Part shown: positions 15,430 through 31,019 of the stretch, piece by piece
How the letters are laid out: each line of letters begins with the position of its first letter
Numbering within the stretch: position 1 is the stretch's first letter
Source of the DNA: the human T2T-CHM13v2.0 reference genome, Homo sapiens
Strand: one strand, 5' to 3'
Length of the DNA: 64,000 nucleotides
NCBI RefSeq assembly: GCF_009914755.1
Contig: NC_060947.1
Program-made: the position numbers and the translations under genes
Notes under the pieces: model-generated
What the model was told of the DNA's origin: nothing
The model's database searches: none
The model's input: only the letters and a program-made list of their open reading frames with translations

Positions 15430-16500
15430 TGATTTTAAAAGTTAACAGCCTCTTTGGCTGGTGCAGCTCAGTCTCCTTCAGAACCTCTCTTCCTTAAACA
15501 TTAGTACTTGTCAATGCTCTCTCCTGGCCTCTCTTATTTTGTCACTCCCCGGCTGATCTCATATATTACTATTCCAAGTATCACTTCTGTGCTGATGACA
15601 TGCAAATCCATATCAACAATACTTTCCTGAACCCCCATCTCTCCTATTCAACCTCTTAAAGGAGGTTTTGACCATTTTGACTTCGATATACTACATGTTC
15701 TTCAAACTCGTGTCCAAACTGTATTCATCTTTCCCCTGCCTGTGTCTGTTTCTCCTTCTACTTCAAGTATTTGGCACCATCATTTCAGTGTTGTTCATGA
15801 CTCTCTACCACTCTCACCCTTCCATATTTATGTGATTCTTTTTAGTTCGACCTTCTATGTATCATTTGGGCCCATTTCCTCATTTCCATATTCATTCCCA
15901 CTACCCTTGTTCAAGTCATCATTTTTTCACCTGAACTACTGCAATAGCCTCCCACCCAGTTCTCTGCAACAAATCCAGCTTTCCCTGGTCTATCCTTCAT
16001 ACTGCTACCAGAGTCATAAGTTACAAACTGCTGTTGCTATCTATTGGACACATAATAAAGTTTAATCCCCTCAAGCTGACATATAATGTGCTGTGTTATT
16101 TGGGCCTTCACTACTTCTTCACTACTTCTCAAGCTTCATCTTTCCATTCCATACTATATATATAAATTCAAGTCATCTTGAATTTCCTGAACCTTCTACG
16201 CCTTCTCCTGCTTTTGTGCATTTACACTTGCTCCTGTCCCTGCTCACCACCCTCTTGTTTTACCTGGTAACCAAATTCTACATATTCTTCAAGACTCAGA
16301 TCAAATATTACCTGTAAGAAACATTCCCTGACACTATTTACCTAGTTAGATTCTGTGCCTACGTCCTCCCAGCATATTGCAATATGTCCTCTTACAATAT
16401 TGCAATAGCTTGTCTATTTGACTTTTGTTACTCCCTATATACTTCGTCAGAGCAGAATCTTTAGCATAGTAACGATCCAAAAATGAATATTTTAAATTAA
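15430..16500 (+). mobile_element. L2 fragments
   Basis: C/T-rich L2 phrases (cacctgaactactgcaatagcctcc, ttcttcaagactcagatcaaat). Confidence 0.55.
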
Positions 16501-17358
16501 TTAATTAATGAAAGTTGACTTCTTGACCACTTCAGAGACAGAAATACTGTTGCAAAGCAGGAGTGGGATATTAATTCAACAATACTTTGTTGAAGATTTA
16601 CTTCTGACTTAGAGGTTGGCAACATGGAGATGAATAAGATACAGGCTTTGCCCTCAAGGAGCTCATCATCCAGTAGAAAATGAGAAGAAGAATGGGGCTA
16701 TGGCAGGGAAAAGTCCAGGCTCAGTGAGAGAAGCACAAAGTGTTTAACAAGTACTAATGATTCTTAAATAGAGCAAATGAGAATAGAACACTGTTGGACT
16801 GGGTTTTTTTTTTCCCAACCTCTAATCTACTCTTCTAAAAATGTTTCCTGACTACACATACTTGGAAAGAAAAATGTCCCCTAAAAGCAAGCACTACCAG
16901 GAAGCCAAAAGCAATTTGGAATGCAATGTATTAACTACTCTGAGATTCATTACCAGAAAGCGAAGGATTGAAGTAGGGAAGGCTGGAGAAAAGGAAAAGA
17001 AGGAGAAAGACAAAGAGTGGAAGAAAAAGATATTCAGTAAGAAGTCGACAGAATCTGTTATTTGGTATCATTTTCCCCCAAAACACAAGACCCAGGTTTT
17101 TTATCTGATTTTTCTGATAGTTATGTTCATCAAGTCCAAGTTAGACAGAGAACAACTAGGGAGGCTAGATTTAGTTTTATTTTCTGGGAAGAATATGGTT
17201 TGAGGGATGTTGTTTCTCCACATGTATCTAAATTCTTGCTCCAAGTTAAACAGCACTTAACTTGCACTTTCCCATTCAAATTATGTTTTGCAGCAAATTT
17301 TATTTCTCACAAAAATCTATTTCTCTCTGATTTCCGCTTAAAGCCTTTGTTTTCTTAA

Positions 17359-17767
<409 letters not shown>

Positions 17768-18699
17768 TAACTTTTAAATACTTCTTGTGAAGGATTAATT
17801 CACTGAAAACCAAGACCAGTATTGACAGTGGTATGGCAGCTAAGTTTCTGAGTAATTTAAAATTTAATGGTGCTGTAATTGCTTATTTTTTCTGCATAAT
17901 ATGACTAAAATCATAGCAGATATATGTAAAACATGAATAAACTGCAAGTAGCATTGAGAATCTCACAACTTCTGGGCATGAGAGAATACTGGTTCCTCTT
18001 TTCATATTCAGGGATGGGAATTGCCAGCGGGCTTCTCACCTTCTAACTACAATTCACAACTACTAGCATCAGAAAGCTTGATACAAAAGGCAGAATTCAA
18101 GCAGAGCCCAAAAAACTTCCATCATATATCAGCATCTGACCTATGTACTGGTGTGGGTTGCTTGTGGACTCTGACTTTCTGGTATCTGAATTCTACCTGC
18201 CAATCAGCTTGGACATATAGTGCCTGGTTGCATTTCCTTACTTTTCTTAACTCCCCTAGACTTGACTCTTGGCTTGGCTAGAACTGGGATTCTACCATAG
18301 TTTTATGTATAACAAGGCTCCCAGGACCCCTGTCACACTGCTGATTATTGTCTACATGACATTATTTCTAGCCATAAGGGAGTAAAATGACCTGAAATGC
18401 TCAATTGTACCTTGTAACAAGTGTCCTTGTTGGTTAAGGTATACAACTTCCTGGGCAATCCTTTACCTGTACCTACTCCCACCATGCCATTCTCTGACTA
18501 GTTTGCCTGGCTGCCACAGCCACCTCCACTTCTATGGATACCCAACTATCTTTATACCTGGGTAGAATCAGAATTGAGCTTCTAAGTCTAATGACTTTCA
18601 TCTGAATTATCTTCTCTTTGTCCTTTACTATTTCCTGCATCTTCTAAGATGGAGACACAGTCCATATAGCTGAGATGACATACAGACTCTGCATCAGAG

Positions 18700-18965
18700 G
18701 AGGCAGCCTGTGTCACAGTGTAGTGATTAAGACCATGGATTCTGGAGCCAGACTTCCTGGGCTTGAATCTCAGCTCCCCCTCTTACTTAATGATATTAAT
18801 TAGGGCAAGTTATTTAATCTCTCATGTCTCTAGTTTCTCATAAGTAAAACAAGGATAATAAATTATGCATACCATATTTGTTGGTATTTAAGGAATAAAT
18901 GAGAAAAATCATGTAAGTCCCTTAACACAGTAACTGGCAAATAAGTGCCCAATAATTATTAGGTA
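18700..18965 (+). mobile_element. MIR
   Basis: gtgtagtgattaag...tctggagccagac...ttgaatctcagctc...gggcaagttatttaatctctc core. Confidence 0.8.
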
Positions 18966-19499
18966 TCATCAATAATATTAACCCAAAGTGTACTCCCACT
19001 CTTCATACACCAAGTAGAATGAGTCGATCAAATTCTTCTATGCCAGGCTAGCAGTCAATTTGACTATGAAAAATGACCTGCACAAATGACTGTACCCTAG
19101 AAATAGATGAACTTAAGTGACGCTAGATATATTAAGTTGCAGGTAGAAGGTAGGCATAGGCCCTGGAAGGGCCTTTGCTTCAAATATATGCAATAGACTC
19201 TGGTAACCCTGAAACAAAATAAGCAAAAGCAAAGCCTCTCAGAGGTTGAGAGATGGCCTTCTAAGGAACCAGGTTATTAGGAAAATTTTTCTCTGAGCAT
19301 TCCTAGAGCCCCAAGGCCCTAGTGTGTCGTGGGATAGATGGTTAGGATGAAAGCTTCCGTGGAAACACTTAGATTCACTGTGGATTTGAATACTTAAAAA
19401 GAAATTATCTCTATTGGCTTTGAGTGTCCCTGAGGCTCCAGCCAATTTTGTGGATGGCAGGTTTATAGAACAAACATCATTCTGTGACCCAAGTCACAC

Positions 19500-19925
19500 T
19501 TCTGCTGCTAAACTCAGCAGATCATTGTGGCAACCATTGAGGTCTACCATTAGAGTCTCCCTTTAAGCAAGAACTTCCAGTTCAGCTGCAAAGAGGGCAG
19601 TGAGATCACAGCCTCCAGCTTCACTTTTAGGATCTATCTCACTTTCTAAAATGAGACCACACTCTTCTTGGACAGGCCAGAGCCAAGGACTCGCAAAGGC
19701 CTAGCCATTTCTGCCCAGCTCAGAATTCTTCTAATGGGAAATTTTTACTCCAGAGCTCTCTGTTAGATTGGGTGAGACTTTGTCAGATAAGCATTGAGAT
19801 ATGAGGCTCTCCTAGCCCAATCATGCTTCATCTCCCTTTTATTTTTCACAGATGCTCCCCAGTAAACCTTTTGTGTTCCTACATCTCTGACCCAGTGTCT
19901 GATTTCTGAAGGACCCAAATGACTC
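19500..19925 (+). mobile_element. Old ERVL-type solo LTR (LTR16-like)
   Basis: 3' end ttttcacagatgctccccagtaaacctttt...gtgtctgatttctgaaggacccaaatgac resembles LTR16. 5' boundary uncertain. Confidence 0.45.
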
Positions 19926-21199
19926 AATCATCTACTTGTGACGTAAGCAATTTCACAGGGAACTGATGTACTCATTCAACCTGCTCCTACCCCAACCCCT
20001 GCCCCTACACAAACACATATATCACCAGCTGGGCTGTTTGTACAAATAGAAATAATGGGGAAAAAATCCTTCCATACTGATTACTATCCTTAACCAATTA
20101 ATGATAAGAGATGGGTAAGTGCTTCCTCTCATTCCAGAATTATTCAGACATTTTTGGTAAGCCAGATGGTTCACAAGGTGAAACCACCAGGGAGCCTATA
20201 ATCAAGTCTGGGTGCACAAAGGCAATAAATGAAAGAAAACATCCTTCCTGAGACATGGACTCTCTGCATACAATGCCATACTGTTTTGGTTCTGTAATTC
20301 CCCGCCCTTCTCAGCAAAATCCCAAGGGACTTCAGTATCCAGCTCAGCATTGTCCATCAGGACGATATCTTAGTCTAGGTGAACATGACTAGCAGCTGCA
20401 AGCTCTACTCTAGTATCTTTAGAATGACCAGTAAGATTTGAAAACAGAAAAAGGGAAAGTGAAAATATGCAATTGACCTGGAAAAGTGGGATCTCTAAGT
20501 CTTATCATTGTGTCTGATGGGTTATAAAGGACTTCCCAAATGGTGTCCTTAATTACAAATGGGACCCTTTCACACATATGAAGAGTCCAGAAAATTCTTT
20601 GTCCACCCTGTTTGTTTGTTTCTACTGTTCTTCACTCACAGTCTTATTCAAAAAAGACTCCTAGTTCAGAAAAAAAAGCAGGGGAGCTTCTACGACTAAA
20701 TTATCCTGGATCTTCAATCCATCTACAGCCAGTATAAAGTGGTTGTGACAACATAAGGTGTTGGGACATTCAGCTGCACATTTTACTCTTCTATGCTTTA
20801 CTCCTTTTACCTGAGACCCTCCCTCCCACCACCCCCAAGCCAAGATGCTAGACGTGAGTAACCCATGGCTTTGGGGGAAGTTGTCAGAATGTAACCAGAA
20901 AACAAAGGTTCCAAAATCTTTGCTCTTGAGTTTTCAAAAGCCAGAGGTTCAGGTGTAAGACAGAGAAGATTTGGAAGCATTTGTAACCTAGTTTTCTTCT
21001 CCTGCCGCAGATTCTGCAGACTGGGGAGGAAAGAAGGGAGAAACCACAGAGAAAGAAATGGAGTCAGAAGGGAGGGAACATTGAACTTCGCTGGAGAAAA
21101 CTCCATCAGCGGCCAGCAACAGAGAGCCATGTGCCAAGGAGCCCATTGATCAAATATCTAGCAGAAACAATTCCTGGCTACAACCATTCAGCAGTCCAG

Positions 21200-21560
21200 G
21201 CCCCTCTTAAACTCCTGGACACCTGGGCAACATGAGATGAGAAGGAACTGTCTTGAGATCTCCCGTGGAGGTCTCAACAAGAAGAAGTTGGTAGCTATAT
21301 GGAGAGTGCTGCCAGATAGGATCTGCTCCTCAGTAGAGGTGCACAACAAATTCCTGGAAGGAAGTGGGTCAGGGGAATACATTCTCTGTCCTCACTCTCC
21401 TCCTACTCTTCCCTTTGATTTCCTATCAGTACCTTCCACTGGCTGAACCCAACTAGAAGCCAGAGGGCAAGGGAGTCCATTGAAGCAACCTATGCAGGTC
21501 AGAGCAGGGTAAGTGGGAGATGCAGAGGGTGGGGATAACAATGCAAAATATTCAGCATAG
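21200..21560 (-). mobile_element. Old MaLR LTR (MLT1-type) fragment
   Basis: ccactggctgaacccaactagaagccagagggcaagggag motif typical of MLT1K/L-type LTRs. Confidence 0.5.
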
Positions 21561-22091
21561 ACAACTTGATAAGAACTTCCTGGAAAACATTACTCCCTTT
21601 GAGAATTTGATAAAAACTATAAACCCTTACAACAAAAAAATGCAAGTAAGCATAAACATTCGATTTTGCATGACATTTCAAGAATTTTGCAGCCCCTGTG
21701 CCCTCTCCATAGTGTACCTAGGAGTTTCATGATACCAAGTTAAGAACCCCGTGCTCTGGAGAGCTGTTTGTGGAAACGAATGTCATCTTGTTATGGTTGT
21801 TATTTCCTTAGCTTTTTTTTTTTCCTTCTCTGTTTCCAGCAACTTAGATATCTCAGAGGAAAGGTGACACCTTAGGCCAACTATAAGTGAACCAATGGGC
21901 CTATTCTTTACTCAGACCTGCCCAGTCTGAGTGTAATACAGAGTCAGATAGCAGAGCTCAGAAGGAGAAGCAGGCAGAAAATGTGGGGCTGGCCATGTGA
22001 TGCTGCGTTGCCTAGCAACACTGGCTGAGAGGCTCTCCTTCCTGAGCCTCTCACCAGAGCAGCAGAAAGAATTGGTTTAAAATGAATGCGA

Positions 22092-22215
22092 GTGTGTGTG
22101 AGAGAGAGAGAGACAGAGAGACAGAGAGAGAAGGGAGATTAGAAACAGAGAAAGGGAGAGGGGCAGAGAGAGAGAGTGAAATTGAGAGACAGACAATGGC
22201 AAGCAAAAGAGAGAG
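22092..22215. repeat. (TG)n followed by a degenerate (GA)n purine tract
   Basis: Read directly from the sequence. Confidence 0.85.
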
Positions 22216-24783
22216 TTTAGTAAGCAAGAAAAAAGTGGAGAATAAAAACATTTCAGTAAAATGGAAAAAAATTGAGAGGTTCAGAGGGTGGACTGTGAGA
22301 TGAACTCAGTTAATGGAAAAATGAAGAGGAACAAAGAATAAATAGAGAGATGTCCAAAGGAGGGAGTGAGTGGGTGGTGGAGTCAGTAGGGGATCGGGGG
22401 TGATAGAGCCAGCAGCAGTGGTCCCTCCTCACTGATGGCTCCCAGGTCCCCTCACTGATGGCTCTTGTGTTACCTTCACTTCACAGTGAAAGTTACCCAG
22501 TTTCTTTTTCTAATTGTATTGTGTTATAAGTCAAATCCTCAAATGCTGCAGCAGCACCAGGAATTCTTTCTTAAGCACTACAGGGTCCACAGCATTGCTC
22601 AGCTCAGTAAAGATCCTCTTGTATAATAACCACAGTGATGACTCAGCCCTGGAGCACAGCTCTTTACAGTTTACCAAGTGCTTTCACAGCTGCCACCTCA
22701 TGGGACCCTTACTGCAGCTCTGAGAGGTAGACAATTCAGGGATGGCCATGACTTTCACTCCACACATGGAGAAACTGAGGCTCTGAGAAGTGGAATGACA
22801 GGACCCCATTTAGCAAAGTTAGATTCAGGATGTGTGCCCGGGGTCCTGAACCCACGTTTCAGGGATAGGTCTGGGGTGCCGATCTGCCTGGACTTTCCAA
22901 ATAAACCTGCTGGCAAGAAAGGCACTTGCTCTCCACCACCCGCTGAGGTGGGAGCTGAAGAGCTACTGAAAAGTCTCAAGCCAGCAGGGGGTGCTCTTTC
23001 ATCTTCTTTCCCCATGAAGTGTAAACGTGTCCATCTGTGCGTCCCAGAGCAGAGCTTGATTGGCCCAGTGTGCAGCCAGCTTCTAACAACCCTTTGAGAT
23101 ATCCCTGGGCACCCATATTCTCAGGAAAATCTTGCCTCTTTCATTTTCAGAACAATCACCAATGATTGCAAAACACCTTTTGGACAGGGGTAGGAATATT
23201 TGAGAGAAGGTAGCAATCAGTCTCTAGGGCCAGAGGGGCTGAAGGATTAGGCAGAGAAAAGCTGGCAACTGAGTCCCATGGAGCAGCTGAATGGTTTCTC
23301 TTTCTTCTCAATTCTCTCCAATGCCTGAAGGCTAAGACATAGCAGAAATGAACTCGAGTCCTCTGTTTGGCCCCAAGCTTCTCCCCTGCCAAAGTCTCCC
23401 CCTTGTCCATTCCATCCTGTGCTTGCTGACAGATAAGTTTCCAAAAAAATGACATTCACCTGCTCAGCAACCTTCAATGATTTCTTCACTCTTTATGGTA
23501 TTAATTTTATCACACTGGCATTGAAAAGTCACTTAATATTGCCCAAAATTCTCAGTTTCATATCTGCATATTTCCTACATAAACCCAAGTGTCTAACAAA
23601 CTGGTCTACTACACAGGGGAAAGGTTAAGATGTTTTGATGTTCTCCAAATTCATGGCTCAATCTTGTGAAGCGATTTAGCAACCAACTTGCCTTGTATTC
23701 CTCTGCCTGGAGGGTGACCATTGGGAGAATAAAGAGGAGGTAGAGTGATTGCCAGAGTTAGAAATAACTTTCTGTAGAGTTGAGAATGTACAGTTGGGAA
23801 TGCTAAATCCTAACAATGCTAAAGTTAGAGAAAATGAATCACTAAGCCCCCTATTTTCAGATGTTTATGACTTCAAGGAATATAAATGAGTACACATTTT
23901 AGAAGTCTAACAGGGCAGAATTCTCAGACAATAGAGTTTTGTTTTCATTGTGCAGCACATGTAGTCAAGTCCCATGACTCACATCTTGTAGTGAGATCAA
24001 TTTTGAGGTGTGAATTTTAGATTTTTCAGAAGCCTAAACAACGGATCATGGTTGTTTATTGAGAAGATAAAAAGCCATTGATCTCATTTCCAAGTCTACA
24101 AATAAAACAAGCTTAAAATTATTCCTGCATCCACTCAAGAGGCAGTTAAAGGTTGTTTGTTCTGTCTCTCTCACTTAACATCTACTTAGTTATTGATTCT
24201 AGTCAATAGTCTAGTGTCCTCCACTCCTCCTGCCTTATTTTAGACCCCATCATTTTCTTAAAATAAAATATTTCATATATATGTAAGGAATACATTATAG
24301 TAAAATGAAAACCTGCATACCCATCACCAAATATGGGAGCTAAAATATGATCGAAGCCTCTGAAACCCACTTATGCTCTCCCTGAGGTCCCAGAGGTAAC
24401 CACTATCTTGAATTTCGTTAATCATTCACTTGTTTTTCTTTATTTGTTCATTTCATAGGTATTTTCCTTTAAGCAATATGTTATTTCATTTTGTCTCTTT
24501 TGGGAACTAATACAAATGCAGTCACACTATATGTCTTATATTTTGGCTTCTTCCTTTTTGCTCCCAACTTGGTTTATGAGATTTGTCTATGTTGATGTGT
24601 GTAGCTGCAGTAATTATTTTTCACTGCAAAATAGTTATCCATGATATGAAAATTCTACACTTTATTAATTCACTTGTTGATAAACATGTGGGTTGTTTCC
24701 AGTTTTATGCTTTTGCAAAGGATGCTGCTATGAACATTCTCATGCATATCTCTTAATACCCATGTACAAGAGTTTTTCTAGGG

Positions 24784-25147
24784 CAGTGGTTCTCAACTCC
24801 ATGTAATTTTGCCCACCTCCAGAGAACATTTGTCAATGTCTGGAGACATCTTTTGTTATTATGACTTAGAGTGGGGGTGCTACTAGCATCTAGTGGGATA
24901 GAGGTCAGGGATGCTGTTAAACATCCTACAATGCTTAGAATGCAATCCACAAATGTCTTAATTTGTTTTGTGCAGCTATAACGGAATACTTGAAACTGGG
25001 TTAATTATAAAGACCAGAAATTTATTGACTCATGGTATTGAGACTGGGAAGTCCAAGATCAAGGGGCCACATCTGGTGAGGGCCTCCTTGCTGTGTCATA
25101 TGGGGGCAGAAGGCATCACGTGGCAAGAGAGAGATGGTGAGGGAGGA

Positions 25148-25189
<42 letters not shown>

Positions 25190-25426
25190 GAAGAGGGGCA
25201 ATCTCATCCTTTTATCAGGGATCCACTCCTGTAATAACTGCAGTCATCCATTCATGAGGGCAGAGCTCTCATGATCTAATCACCTCTTTAAAATCCTACT
25301 TCTCCACACTGCTGCATTGGGGATCAAGTTTACAACACATAAATTTTGAGGGACACATTTAAACCGCAGCAACAGCAAAGAATTATCTCCCTCTAAATAT
25401 TAATAATCCCAAGGTTGAACAACTGA
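24784..25426. mobile_element. MER20 hAT DNA transposon, interrupted by an MST LTR
   Basis: cagtggttctcaac start; ctagcatctagtgggatagaggtcagggatgctgttaaacatcctacaatgc core; resumes after 25371 with aaagaattatct...aaggttgaacaactg. Confidence 0.8.
24954..25371 (-). mobile_element. MaLR solo LTR (MSTB/MSTD-like) with internal (GA)n expansion at ~25150-25186
   Basis: tgtctta...gggaagtccaagatcaagg...ctcatgatctaatcacctctt...ggacacatttaaaccgcagca; TG...CA termini. Confidence 0.85.
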
Positions 25427-28400
25427 TCTAGAGCATATGCCTAGATGTGAAATTTCTAGGTCATTGAGTTTTCTTAAGTTCAACTTTACTAGTTAATGTC
25501 AGTTTACTTGCAAAGTGGTTGTACTAATTACACTCGCAATGACAGAGGATAAAAGCTCTACTTGTTCCATATTCTCACCAACTCAATATTGTTACCTTTA
25601 TTACTTCTTTTTTTTGATAAGAATAGTCTTTATTAAGTAATAACCATCACAATGGAGAAGAGAGTCCAGTGTAAACTCAGCTCAACTTCCATTTTTGCAG
25701 AGGTGACTGGGTGTTTTTTTTTTAATTTTGTTTTTGCTGTTTTTATAATTTCAAGTTTTATTTTAGATATAGGGGTACATGTGCAGTTTTCTTACATGGA
25801 TTTATTACGTGATGCTGAGGTTTGTGGTAGAAATCCCATCACCCAGGCATAGCGCCCAATAGGTAGTTTTTCAGCCCACACCCACTCTCTGCCTTCCCTC
25901 TCTAGTTGTCCCAAGTGTCTATTGTTCCCATGTTTATGTCCATATGCACCCAATGTTTAGCTCCTACTTATAAATGAGAATGTGTTATTTAGTTTTCTGT
26001 TCCTGCATTAATTTACTTAGGATAATGGCCTCCAGCTGCATGGATGTTGCTTCAAGCAACATTATTTTATTCTTTTAATGGCTGCATAGTATCCCATGGT
26101 GTATATGTTCCACATTTTCTTTATTTAATTCTCCATTGATGGACACCTAGGTTGATTCTATGTCTTTGCTACTGTGAATAGCACTGTGATGAACTTGCAA
26201 CTGCATGTGTCTTTTTGGTAGAACCACTTATTTTCTTTTGGATATATACCCAGTAATGGGATTGCAGAGTCAAATTGTAGCTCTGTTTTAAGATCTTTTA
26301 GAAATCTCCAAACTGATTTCTACAGTGACTGAACTAATTTACATTCTGATCAACAGTGTATAAGCATTCACTTTTCTCTGCAGCTTCGCCAACATACGTT
26401 ATTATTCAACCTTTTTTTATTTTTTTGTTATACTTTAAGTTCTAGGGTACATGTGCACAACGTGCAGGTTTGATACATAGGTATATACATGTGCCATGTT
26501 GGTTTGCTGCACCCATCAACTCATCATTTACTTTAGGTATTTCTCCTAATGCTATCCCTCCCTCAGCCCCTCACCCCCTCAGGCCCAGGTGTGTGATGTT
26601 CCCTGCCCTGTGTCCAAGTGATCTCATTGTTCAATTCTGACCTATGAGTGAGAACATGTGGTGTTTGGTTTTCTCTCCTTGTAATGGTTTGCTGGGAATG
26701 ATGTTTTCCAGCTTCATCCATGTCCCTGCAAAGGACATGAACTCATCCTTTTTTATGGCTGCATAGTATTCCATGGTGTATATATGCCACATTTTCTTAA
26801 TCCAGTCTATCATCGATGGACATTTGGGTTGGTTCCAAGTCTTTGCTATTGTGAATAGTGCCACAATAAACATATGTGTCCATGTGTCTTTATAGTAGCA
26901 TGATTTATAATCCTTTGGGTATATACCCAGTAATGGGATGGCTGGGTCAAATGGTATTTCTAGTTCTAGATCCCTGAGGAATCACCACACTGTCTTCCAC
27001 AATGGTTGAACTAATTTACACTCCCACCAACAGTGTAAAAGCGTTCCTATTTCTCCACATCCTCTCCAGCATCTGTTGTTTCCTGACTTTTTAATGACTG
27101 CCATTCTAACTGGCGTGAGATGGTATCTCATTGTGGTTATCTCATTGTGGTTTTGATTTGCATTTCTCTGATGACCAGTGATGATGAGCATTTTTTCATG
27201 TGTCTGCTGGCTGCATAAATGTCTTGAGAAGTGCCTGTTCATATCCTTCGCCCACTTTTGAAGGGGTTGTTTTTTTCTTGTAAATTTGTTTAAGTTATTT
27301 GTAGATTCTGGATATTAGCCCTTTGTCAGACAGATAGATTGCAAAAATTTTCTCCCATTCTCTAGGTTGCCTGTTCACTCTGATGGTAGTTTCTTTTGCC
27401 ATGCAGAAGCTCTTTAGTTTAATTAGATCCCATTTGTCTATTTTGGCTTTCATTGCCATTACTTTTGGTGTTTTAGACATGAAGTCCTTGCCCATGCCTA
27501 TGTCCTGAATGGTATTTCCTAGGTTTTCTTCTAGGGTTTTTATGGTTTTAAGTCTAACATTTAAGTCTTTAATCCATCTTGAATTAATTTATTGTATAAG
27601 GTGTAAGGAAGGGATCCAGTTTCAGCTTTCTACATATAGCTAGCCAGTTTTCCCAGCACCATTTATTAAATAGGAAATCCTTTCCCCATTTTTTGTTTTT
27701 GTCAGGTTTGTCAAAGATCAGATGGTTGTAGATGTGTGGTGTTCTTTCCGAGGCCTCTGTCCTGTTACGTTGGTCTATATATCTGTTTTGGCACCACTAC
27801 CATGCTGTTTTGATTACTGTAGCCTTGTAGTATAGTTTGAAGTCAGGTAGCATGATGTCTCCAGCTTTGCTGTTTTTGCTTAGGATTGTCCTGGCAATGC
27901 GGGCTCTTTTTTGGTCCCATATGAACTTTAAAGTAGTTTTTCCAATTCTATGAAGAAAGTCAGTGGTAGCTTGATGGGGTGGCATTGAATCTATAAATTA
28001 CTTTGGGCAGTATGGCCATTTTCACAATATTGATTCTTCCTATCCATGAGCATGGAATGTTCTTCCATTTGTTTGTATCCTCTTTTATTTCGTTGAGCAG
28101 TGGTTTGTAGTTCTCCTTGAAGAGGTCCTTCACATCCCTTGCAAGTTGGATTCCCAGGCTTTTTATTCCCTTGGTAGCAACTGTGAATGGGAGTTCATTC
28201 ATGATTTGGCTCTCTGCTTGTCTGTTAACAATGCAGAGGAATGCTTGTGATTTTTGCACACAGATTTTGTATCCTGAGACTTTGCTGAAGTTGCTTATCA
28301 GATTAAAGAGATTTTGGGCTGAGACGACGGGGTTTTCTAAATATACAATCATATCATCTGCAAACAGGGACAATTTGACTTCCTCATTTCCTAACTGAAT

Positions 28401-28736
28401 ACCCTTTATTTCTTTCTCTTGCCTGATTGCCCTGGCCAGAACTTCCAACACTATCTTGAATAGGAGTGGTGAGAGAGGGCATCCTTGTCCTGTGCCAGTT
28501 TTCAAAGGGAATGCTTCCAGTTTTTGCCCATTCAGTATGATATTGGCTGTGGGTTTGTCATAAGTAGCTCTTATTATTTTGAGATGCATTCCATCAATAC
28601 CTAGTTTATTGAGAGCTTTTAGCACGAAGGGCTGTTGAATTTTGTTGAAAGCCTTTTCTGCATCTATTGAGATAATCATGTGGTTTTTGTCATTGGTTCT
28701 GTTTATATGCTGGATTACGTTTATTGATTTGTGTAT

Positions 28737-29790
<1,054 letters not shown>

Positions 29791-29935
29791 TTAGTAAGCT
29801 ATTAATTATTGCCTCAATTTCAGCGCCTGTTATTGGTCTATTAAGAGATTCAACTTCTTCCTGGTTTAGTCTTGGGAGGGTGTATGTGTCCAGGAATTTA
29901 TCCTTTTCTTCTAGATTTCCTGGTTTATTTGCTTA

Positions 29936-30163
<228 letters not shown>

Positions 30164-30968
30164 TTAGTTATTTCTTGCATTCTGCTAGCTTTTGAATTTG
30201 TTTGCTCTTGTTTCTCTAATTCTTTTAATTGTGATGTTAGGGTGTCGATTTTAGATCTTTCCTGCTTTCTCTTGTGGGCATTTAGTGCTATAAATTTCCC
30301 TCTACACTGCTTTAAATGTGTCCCAGAGATTCTGTTACGTTGTGTCTTTGTTCTCACTGGTGTCAAAGAACATCTTTATTTCTGCCTTCATTTCATTATT
30401 TACCCAGTAGTCATTCAGGAGCAAGTTGTTCAGTTTCCATGTACTTGTGTGGTTTTCAGTGAGTTTCTTAATCCTGAGTTCTAATTTGATTACACTGTGG
30501 TCTGAGAGACAGTTTGTTGTGATTTCTGTTCTTTCATATGTGCTGAGTGCTTTACTTCCAATTATGTGGTCAATTTTAGAATAAGTGTGATGTGGTGCTG
30601 AGAAGAATGTATATTCTGTTGATTTGGAGTGGAGAGTTCTGTAGATGTCTATTGGGTCCACTTGGTGCAGAGCTGCGTTCAAGTCCTGGACATCCTTGTT
30701 AACCTTCTGTCTCGTTGATCTGTCTAATATTGACAGTGGGGTGTTAAAGTTTCCCATTATTATTGTGTGGCAGTCTAAGTCTCTTTGTAGGTCTCTAAGG
30801 ACTTGCTTTATGAATCTGGGTACTCCTATATTGGGTGCATATATATTTAGGATAGTCAGCTCTTCTTGTTGAATGGATCCCTTTACCTTTATGTAATGGC
30901 CTTATTTGTCTCTTTTGATCTTTGTTGGTTTAACGTCTGTTTTATCCGAGACTAGGATTGCAATCCCG

Positions 30969-30969
<1 letters not shown>

Positions 30970-31016
<47 letters not shown>
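30970..31016. repeat. T47 homopolymer inside L1 ORF2
   Basis: Counted directly. The homologous site in the first L1 (4800-4807) is an 8-A run. Confidence 0.95.

Positions 31017-31019
<3 letters not shown>

Larger units (their letters stand above)
24270..25595 (-). mobile_element. Old L1MC/ME 3' end (outer host of the nest)
   Basis: cccagaggtaaccactatc, ggttgtttccagtttt and gctgctatgaacattct. Resumes after MER20 with atgcctagatgtgaaatttctaggtca. Confidence 0.6.
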
